Part shown: positions 57,909-64,000 of the stretch, in pieces | Position numbering within the stretch: the stretch's first letter is position 1 | Layout: every line of letters starts with the position of its first letter | NCBI GenBank assembly: GCA_049274895.1 | Contig: JBASTM010000005.1 | Span: 9,636-73,635, forward strand | Direction of reading: 5' to 3' | Length of the DNA stretch: 64,000 nt | Origin: Minisyncoccia bacterium | Lineage (GTDB): Bacteria > Patescibacteriota > Minisyncoccia > JACQLN01 | Position numbers and translations under genes: made by a program | Notes under the pieces: model-generated | The model's input: the letters and a program-made list of their open reading frames with translations, nothing else | Database searches by the model: none | What the model was told of the DNA's origin: nothing

Positions 57909-58193
57909 TTTTTGTTTTTCTTGGTATATGTTAACTTTTGGGCCCGAGAGGAAGTGAAAGCAAACCAAAACATTGGCGGCGGCGGTGAGAAGAACTTTCA
58001 ATTCGCTGCCAATTATATCACAGTGGTACCAATAGCAAATTTAACCAAAATTATATCAAAAGTGGATAACCTGTTGAAGAGGTGTGTAATACAATTTGCT
58101 TTATCTTTCAAATCATTACCTGTAAGCATACTTCTCTTCTAAATTGTCTAATTTTTAATTAAATAATAAATGTGATAATATAGTCCGAACATT
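57909..58193. promoter_or_regulatory. AT-rich region between divergent dnaA and rpmH, with a DnaA box (agtggataa) and promoters; a candidate oriC/incC part
   Basis: One near-consensus box and an AT-rich unwinding-like stretch. Confidence 0.4.
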
Positions 58194-58337
58194 ATGAAAA
58201 TAACCAAATATCGCCCCAAAAACAAAAAAAGAGCCAGAACTCACGGCTTCCTTAATAGGATGTCGGACGCCGCCGGCAGGAATACCCTAAAAAGAAGAAG
58301 ATTAAAAGGCAGGTATAGCTTATCCGTTTCCGTTTAA
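58194..58337 (+). CDS. rpmH: 50S ribosomal protein L34
   Basis: My own translation gives [47 protein letters not shown], a classic L34. It is immediately upstream of rnpA. Confidence 0.8.
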   Translation: MKITKYRPKNKKRARTHGFLNRMSDAAGRNTLKRRRLKGRYSLSVSV

Positions 58338-58340
58338 GTT

Positions 58341-58625
58341 GTGTTGGGTATGAAATTCACCAGCGAGCTGTTTGATGTATATATTTCTCCGGCCAGGACC
58401 CCAACCGATCGTCGGGTTGACGTGGTGGTTGGCGTTAGGGTGTCAAAAAAGGCAGTCGTCCGGAATCGTTTAAGAAGACAGTTAAAGGAAATTTTAAGAT
58501 TATACCTCCAGACTGGTAATTCCTCCGGGTATTATTTGAGGGTGGCCGCCAAACCACCTTTAATCAATCAGAAATTCAGTCAGATTAAAAAGCAAATTGA
58601 GGCTGTCTTGGATAAAATCAAATGA
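58341..58625 (+). CDS. rnpA: Ribonuclease P protein component
   Basis: Basic RNR motif region (VRNRLRRQLKE) and its position after rpmH. Confidence 0.8.
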   Translation: MLGMKFTSELFDVYISPARTPTDRRVDVVVGVRVSKKAVVRNRLRRQLKEILRLYLQTGNSSGYYLRVAAKPPLINQKFSQIKKQIEAVLDKIK

Positions 58626-58852
58626 GGCGCCTACTCATCATTTTCGTAAAAAGCTATCAAAAATTATTGTCGCCGCAGACCGGTGTTTTTAGGTTTATCT
58701 ATCTCTGGCCGGTATTGTCGCTTAATCCCACCGTCTGGGCCGGTTGCCGCCATTATCCATCCTGCTCGCAGTATTGCATCCAAGCCATTTCCAAACATGG
58801 AGTCTGGCAAGGTCTTGTGCTGACAGTTAAAAGAGTAATTGGTTGTAGATAA
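58622..58852 (+). CDS. yidD: Membrane protein insertion efficiency factor YidD
   Basis: CRHYPSCSQYCIQAISKHG motif. Confidence 0.8.
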   Translation: MRRLLIIFVKSYQKLLSPQTGVFRFIYLWPVLSLNPTVWAGCRHYPSCSQYCIQAISKHGVWQGLVLTVKRVIGCR

Positions 58853-58854
58853 AA

Positions 58855-59574
58855 ATGCTTGCCTTGTTTCACGAATTACTGTATCGCCCCCTATTTAATC
58901 TTTTGGTGGCTTTTTACAATTTTATTCCCGGCTCCGATGTGGGCCTGGCTATTATAGCCACGACTTTGATCATCAAACTAATTTTTTGGCCGATGACCCA
59001 AAAAGCCATAAAATCGCAAAAAGCCCTGCAGGATCTCCAACCTAAAATAAAAGAGCTTCAGGAAAAATATAAAACCAATAAAGAAGAACAAGCCAAACAA
59101 CTGATGCTTTTTTATAAAGAAAATAAAATAAATCCTCTCTCTGGTTGCCTGCCTCTTTTGGTGCAATTGCCCATTTTAATAGCTTTGTATCAGGTTTTTT
59201 TGAAGGGTTTTGATCCGGCCAACCTTTCGGTTTTGTATAATTTTGTAAGCAATCCCGGAGTTATTGATCCTGATTTTTTGGGTTTAATGGATTTATCCCA
59301 TTCCAATAAAGCCCTCGCGGTTTTGGCCGGAGCCACCCAATTTTGGCAGGCCAAAATGATTTCTCCCAAAAAGAAATTGCCCGGAGCGCCCAAAACCTCC
59401 GACGAGTTTATGGCCCAGGCCATGTCTAAGCAGATGCTCTATTTTTTGCCTGTACTGACGGTGGTAATTTCCTGGACTTTGCCGGCCGGCTTGGCTCTTT
59501 ATTGGGTGGTAACCACTCTGTTTACCATAGTCCAGCAGTATGTTATTATGCGTTCCGCACCAACTACCGAATAA
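58855..59574 (+). CDS. yidC: Membrane protein insertase YidC (short Gram-positive-type)
   Basis: Five TM helices with conserved PLLVQLPILIALY and the C-terminal region. Confidence 0.85.
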   Translation: MLALFHELLYRPLFNLLVAFYNFIPGSDVGLAIIATTLIIKLIFWPMTQKAIKSQKALQDLQPKIKELQEKYKTNKEEQAKQLMLFYKENKINPLSGCLPLLVQLPILIALYQVFLKGFDPANLSVLYNFVSNPGVIDPDFLGLMDLSHSNKALAVLAGATQFWQAKMISPKKKLPGAPKTSDEFMAQAMSKQMLYFLPVLTVVISWTLPAGLALYWVVTTLFTIVQQYVIMRSAPTTE

Positions 59575-59589
59575 ACTCGGTGCGGAATT

Positions 59590-60048
59590 ATGGATAAAGG
59601 AGAAATTGCCAAAGAGTTTGCTTCTAAAATGTTCGGTTTGATCGGGGTTGAAGCCGAATTGGGCATGGAAACCTCCGATGGCCGGACCAGAGTGAACGCT
59701 TCTGTGGATGAAGCGGGTTTTTTAATTGGTCGAGACGGCGAGAATCTTAAGGCCTTTCAGCATATTCTGGCCTTGATGGTTTCTAAAAAGATGAACGAAC
59801 TGCTGACGCCGGCCAGTTTTGTTTTTGACATCAATAATTATCAAAAAGAAAGAGAAGATTATCTTATGGCTCTAGCTAAAAACGCGGCCTACCAAGTTTT
59901 AGAAAACAAAAAACCGGCTGAACTGGAGCCGATGTCGGCCGCCGACCGCCGGATTATTCATTTAACCGTGGAGAAAATCGGAGGCGTTAAAAGCGAAAGC
60001 GCGGGCGAAAGAGAAAATAGAAGGGTGATAATAAGTCCGGAAAGTTAG
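59590..60048 (+). CDS. Jag/KhpB-like RNA-binding protein (KH/R3H)
   Basis: The gene follows yidC and carries a C-terminal R3H-like ADRRIIHLTV motif. Confidence 0.7.
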   Translation: MDKGEIAKEFASKMFGLIGVEAELGMETSDGRTRVNASVDEAGFLIGRDGENLKAFQHILALMVSKKMNELLTPASFVFDINNYQKEREDYLMALAKNAAYQVLENKKPAELEPMSAADRRIIHLTVEKIGGVKSESAGERENRRVIISPES

Positions 60049-61169
60049 AGTGTTAAACGGTACAGTCGGCCGTCTATTTTATTTATAAAAAACAGGTAAG
60101 ATTCATCGGGCGCCAAGAACATATTGGCGGCATCAAAAACACCCTCTATCATTTTTTGTTTTTGACCTGTGTCTAAATTGATTCTGATGATTTCCTCGCC
60201 GTCAGATTTAATTTTTCTTTTATAGTAATCATCGGGCATAATATAATCGTTGGAAGTTTTGATGATACTGCAAAGCAAAGTCCGGTCATCTTGCGACCAA
60301 ACGCATTTCTCCGGCAGGGCGAATTCGTTAATAGCGCTTTGGGTGTTTTTTTCCAGATTGATTGACCGCAATTTCAAATCAAAACCATCCTCTTCGGTTT
60401 CCGAAATTAAAACTTTTTTACCCGAAGGCGAAAAGAGCGAAGTCAGGCCGTAAACATTGCCCGCTATTCGGCTTATTTTTTTAGTTTTTAAGTCTAAATT
60501 ATACAACAACCCCCAGGCCAGGCCCGAGGGCTTGGTTTTTAAGGCCACCGAGTTTTCGCTATACCAATCTAAAACCAGATCGGGTATTTTAGTCGCGGTT
60601 ATGTTTTTGGCCCCGGAAAGGTCGCTTTTGGCTGTGGTTATTTTGAATGTGTTGCCTTCTGGAGATAAAATAGCCAACTCATCGCCGAGCGGACTTAACG
60701 ACAATCCGATTGTATTGGTGGGCAGGGCTTTAAGCGATTTATTTTGGGTGTCATAAACCAGATAGCGGTTTTGGCCCGAAGTGAGGGCATATTTCACGGC
60801 TATCAGACGGCCATTGGGGGAAACCGCGGCCGCTCCGATCCGTTCCACGGCAACGAGTCCGATCTTGTTTTTATTCCCACCGTTAAAATCTATTTGGTTG
60901 ATAACCCCATCCCAAGCCACATAGGTTATTTTTTGTTCCGTTGACTCCGCGTCACTGACCACAGCCGCGCCCAGCACCGTTTCTTGAGTGATGGCCACCA
61001 ACCGCTCTTTCTCGGCGGGCGCTACCACTTCGCCTCCCAAAAGATCCTCGGGCGGGGCGGCGGGCGGCAGTGCTATTTTTTTGAAAAAGAAATAGTAAAC
61101 CAAAAGGCCTATAAACACAATGCTTAAGATGGCGGCCAAAACGATTAGAATTTTTTTGGATTTGGACAT
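60045..61169 (-). CDS. Membrane-anchored beta-propeller (TolB/PD40-like) protein
   Basis: N-terminal TM helix followed by repeated beta-strand blades. Confidence 0.45.
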   Translation of the reverse strand: MSKSKKILIVLAAILSIVFIGLLVYYFFFKKIALPPAAPPEDLLGGEVVAPAEKERLVAITQETVLGAAVVSDAESTEQKITYVAWDGVINQIDFNGGNKNKIGLVAVERIGAAAVSPNGRLIAVKYALTSGQNRYLVYDTQNKSLKALPTNTIGLSLSPLGDELAILSPEGNTFKITTAKSDLSGAKNITATKIPDLVLDWYSENSVALKTKPSGLAWGLLYNLDLKTKKISRIAGNVYGLTSLFSPSGKKVLISETEEDGFDLKLRSINLEKNTQSAINEFALPEKCVWSQDDRTLLCSIIKTSNDYIMPDDYYKRKIKSDGEEIIRINLDTGQKQKMIEGVFDAANMFLAPDESYLFFINKIDGRLYRLTL

Positions 61170-61171
61170 TT

Positions 61172-61927
61172 TTATTCAGTTGACGGTGTCAAGACGCATG
61201 TATTGTTTTGGCACGTACCCACAAAACATCCGGTATCACTGGCTCCAGTAGGAGCGCAAGCCCCTCCTGTCGGCCGTCTGAGTGTACAAACACCTTGCTG
61301 TCCGGGAACACCTGGGGTTAGATATTCTCCAGTCGTTGGATTTAGACAACGTTCCTCGTCTCCGGCACAAGGATTATCTGTAGTGCAAGCCGATTTTTCC
61401 GTGTCTGCTACAGCTACACAGGCTCTGTTTTGGCATTTCAGTCCTGCTTTGCAGTCATAATTACCGCTACATTGGTTACCGATGTTGCCATCGCCATGTC
61501 CTATTTGTCCAAAAAGTTTTCTATAAAAATCATAATCACTCGTTACGGGAAAATTCACGCTCGGATTTCTGATTTGGACCAATTGGGGGTTGATAGTGTA
61601 GAGAAAAATATAAGAGCCAAGAAGGATTATCAGGCCTAAAACCGCGCCCGTGATGCGTTCTTTGGCGACCTTGACCTGACCTTCGTTGCCCCGCGCCGTC
61701 ATCCATTCCACACCGCTCCGCACCAGAGCGTAAATTATAGCCAGGCCCACCAAGGCCTGGCTCATTAAAAATATATATCTTATCCATTGCGCCGGACCCA
61801 TAGAGTCGGTTACTTTCACTCCCTGAACCGAGGGGAAATCAACTTCCAAAGCTAAAACCGCGGTCGGTAAAGTTAGTAACAGAATGGTTGCAGTTATTAT
61901 ATAAGACTTATAGGACAAATAGGACAT
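61172..61927 (-). CDS. VirB2/TrbC-like pilin-topology protein with a long Cys-rich C-terminal extension
   Basis: Signal sequence, then two hydrophobic helices separated by a short loop, then 14 Cys in the last 90 aa. Confidence 0.35.
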   Translation of the reverse strand: MSYLSYKSYIITATILLLTLPTAVLALEVDFPSVQGVKVTDSMGPAQWIRYIFLMSQALVGLAIIYALVRSGVEWMTARGNEGQVKVAKERITGAVLGLIILLGSYIFLYTINPQLVQIRNPSVNFPVTSDYDFYRKLFGQIGHGDGNIGNQCSGNYDCKAGLKCQNRACVAVADTEKSACTTDNPCAGDEERCLNPTTGEYLTPGVPGQQGVCTLRRPTGGACAPTGASDTGCFVGTCQNNTCVLTPSTE

Positions 61928-61935
61928 ATTAAAAA

Positions 61936-62775
61936 TTATTTAATTATCTTTATCTCCGCCGTGCGCTCGGCCCGGTCGTAAATATTCTGTCCGGCTTTTT
62001 TGTTTTTTAACTCTAAGCGCAAATTGGCGGAGGTGCCCGGGATCAGTTTAGGATTTATGGTTAAAGGCAAAATCTCCGGCCGAGGATTGGAATTTTCTTC
62101 TTTCTGGCCGTCAAAGCGCCAGTTGTATTCCAGATTGGCTAGATTTTGAGTATTAAAGTAAAACGGCCGCACCATCAAACTGCTTTCCCGCCCCGGGGTA
62201 AACTTTAGAGTGTCGGGCGCCAGATTGTTATAGTTGTCGTTGTGGCCGATGTAAAAATAGGTTTCGGGTGAAACCGTTCTTATGTTTAAGGCGGCGCTAC
62301 CTTTGCGGCCCTGATCGTCTTGGGCAAAAACTCTGATTTCATGCGTAAATTGCGGCGTTTGGAAAGCGGTAATGGTAAAGGTGTTTTTACCCCGGCCTTG
62401 CAGTTCCGGCCCGTCTTTATTGGAGGAAATATCGTCTACCAGCCAAGTGTAAATCAATTTTTCCGGATTAGGCGCGTTGGCCGCGGCATGCAGGGTTATA
62501 AACGACAATGGCGAGGGCAGGGCTTTGCCGGGGTAGTCGTAGGGTAAAAGGGTGTTGGCTTTCCAGATTATATCCAAATTAAAATCATTGCCGGCTTCAA
62601 CCGCGCTTTGCTTAAAAGCCGTTTCGGCGATGGTGTTGATGGCGCTTTCTATTTGATCCAAATCCGCTTCGCTGGCCTGTTCCAAGTATTCCTGGGCCGA
62701 AGAAAAACCAGCCAGTCCCGCCGCCAGAATCATCGCGGCTGACACTATAAAAATTTTTATTATATTTAATTTCAT
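61936..62775 (-). CDS. Hypothetical secreted protein
   Basis: Signal peptide only. Confidence 0.4.
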   Translation of the reverse strand: MKLNIIKIFIVSAAMILAAGLAGFSSAQEYLEQASEADLDQIESAINTIAETAFKQSAVEAGNDFNLDIIWKANTLLPYDYPGKALPSPLSFITLHAAANAPNPEKLIYTWLVDDISSNKDGPELQGRGKNTFTITAFQTPQFTHEIRVFAQDDQGRKGSAALNIRTVSPETYFYIGHNDNYNNLAPDTLKFTPGRESSLMVRPFYFNTQNLANLEYNWRFDGQKEENSNPRPEILPLTINPKLIPGTSANLRLELKNKKAGQNIYDRAERTAEIKIIK

Positions 62776-63167
62776 TTAGCGAAAGATTCTATAAAGTTTA
62801 ACACCCTGCCGATTCTCGTATTTTCTTTTTGGTGAGCTCGCCAAACAAATATGCTCCAAAAAGAAACGGCCGACCATACCGGTATAAATTCCCCCACTCC
62901 TTTTCTAATAAGCCGCTTATATAATCGTCTTTTGCCAAAGTTCATATTTTTGCGAACATATAAATATATAATTGGTAACGTCAAAAGGTTTGTTACTAGG
63001 CCGGTCGTACCCAAAGTGACAATATCGACAATATCTTTAGTTAAAGCGGCGGTAAAGACCATATATGGAAAATTATGTTCTTTAACCTGGCCGTTTTTTG
63101 CGGTATCTATCTCCTCTTGGCTTATTCCATCAGCTTCCAACATGGCCAGTTCTGTTTCTTGATCCAT
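62772..63167 (-). CDS. Small membrane protein (VirB3-like, by position)
   Basis: Two TM helices, immediately downstream of the VirB4-like ATPase. Confidence 0.35.
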   Translation of the reverse strand: MDQETELAMLEADGISQEEIDTAKNGQVKEHNFPYMVFTAALTKDIVDIVTLGTTGLVTNLLTLPIIYLYVRKNMNFGKRRLYKRLIRKGVGEFIPVWSAVSFWSIFVWRAHQKENTRIGRVLNFIESFAK

Positions 63168-63171
63168 AGTT

Positions 63172-64000
63172 TTATTGACTTTGTTCTGCCAGTTCCCGTT
63201 TGGCCGCTTCTATTTCCAATAACTGCGCGGGATCGGAAGTGATGACCTGATCTTCGGTGTAGGAAGCCACCACTTTTATGGCCGCCCGTTTCAGACCCGC
63301 CAGAAAAATACCCTCGCCCACGTTGGATTCCAACAGCAAAAATTTTTCCTCGTCGGTCAAATTAAAAGTCTGGGCCACCATGTCTATGGCCGCCGGCGAC
63401 TGTTTTAACAATATCTGTATGGACGAGTTGGTCACGATGGGCTTGCCGAAGGGCGATTTCATAAAATCTTCCACGTCTTGGGTGATGGTGGTCAGGCCCA
63501 AAAAATATTTGCGGCATCTTTTAGCGATGCTAAAAAGAAAGGCCGCGGCCTCGGCGTGCTGAAGCATCCACCAGGCCTCGTCCACCACCATTATCCTTTT
63601 TTTCTTTTGGTAGCGTATCAGGTTCCAGACAAAGTGGAGCAAAATATACATGGCGATGGGGCGCAGTTCCGGTTCCAGATCGCGTATGGAGAAAACCACC
63701 AGACTATTGTTGAGCGTAACGTTGGTGGGTTGATTCAAGAAACCCGAGAAAGTGCCCTTAACATATTTTTCCAAACGCACCGCCAGATTCTGGGCGCCCT
63801 GCATATTTTGTAAAACCGTATAAAGATCGCCCATCAACGGGGCCGTTTTGCCTTTCCAGTCGGAATTGATGCTGATGTCGCGGGAGGCATAAGTTTCGGT
63901 CAGCGCCCGATCTAAAATAGCGTCTTCTTCCGGAGTTAAAGCCCCCAGCATCACTTTTAACAGGCCGGTTAGTTGAATAATGTTAGCTTTTAAGATTTCG
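63172..64000 (-). CDS. VirB4/TrbE-like T4SS ATPase C-terminal part; the gene continues beyond the window
   Basis: Walker B MVVDEAW, followed by ...RKYFLGLTTITQ... (the conserved VirB4 C-terminal motifs). The frame is open through position 64000. Confidence 0.65.
   Translation of the reverse strand, partial: EILKANIIQLTGLLKVMLGALTPEEDAILDRALTETYASRDISINSDWKGKTAPLMGDLYTVLQNMQGAQNLAVRLEKYVKGTFSGFLNQPTNVTLNNSLVVFSIRDLEPELRPIAMYILLHFVWNLIRYQKKKRIMVVDEAWWMLQHAEAAAFLFSIAKRCRKYFLGLTTITQDVEDFMKSPFGKPIVTNSSIQILLKQSPAAIDMVAQTFNLTDEEKFLLLESNVGEGIFLAGLKRAAIKVVASYTEDQVITSDPAQLLEIEAAKRELAEQSQ

Noticed and set aside
54487-58001. N-terminal extensions of the yebC-like, dnaA, rnhB, RNase J-like and M16 ORFs as given in the ORF track
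   Set aside because: In each case the conserved protein N-terminus begins at an internal Met. The extensions overlap hairpins or neighbouring genes, so I trimmed the starts.
1-64000. CRISPR arrays and rRNA genes
   Set aside because: I scanned all the intergenic regions. There are no regularly spaced direct repeats and no rRNA-like conserved stretches.

Overview
This 64 kb window looks like part of a small, gene-dense bacterial chromosome around the replication origin. Most genes lie on the minus strand. The gene content (many tiny housekeeping proteins, a PMT-type glycosyltransferase, a type IV pilus ATPase) suggests a CPR/Patescibacteria-like organism, but that placement is inference only. 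It contains dnaA and dnaN diverging from rpmH-rnpA-yidD-yidC-jag, with AT-rich stretches carrying DnaA boxes between them. It is rich in replication, repair and translation genes: recO, polX, ogt, udg, rnhB, ruvA, ruvB, ruvC, uvrB, holA, fpg, polA, ileS, glyQS, tyrS, infC, rpmI, rplT, rpsT and smpB. RNA genes found are a tmRNA (ssrA) next to smpB and a tRNA-Arg(CCG). No rRNA genes or CRISPR arrays were seen. The main unusual features are these: (1) a 2.5 kb AT-rich island carrying an HTH-fused DNA methyltransferase and two unknown proteins, inserted at the 3-prime end of ileS between perfect 44-bp direct repeats; (2) an IleRS carrying an internal ~200-aa histidine-phosphatase (PGAM-like, RHGE motif) domain; (3) a family of three palindromic intergenic elements whose loop is inverted between copies while the flanks keep orientation; (4) several GC-rich, probably foreign patches, including a DUF559/Vsr-like endonuclease, a tRNA-adjacent small gene, a lipoprotein, and a 915-aa surface protein with a dockerin-like C-terminus; (5) a partial VirB4/VirB2/VirB3-like T4SS-style cluster at the right edge; (6) several structured or repeated intergenic elements that may be ncRNAs or regulatory motifs. 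All calls are made from reading the sequence by eye; no database searches were possible.
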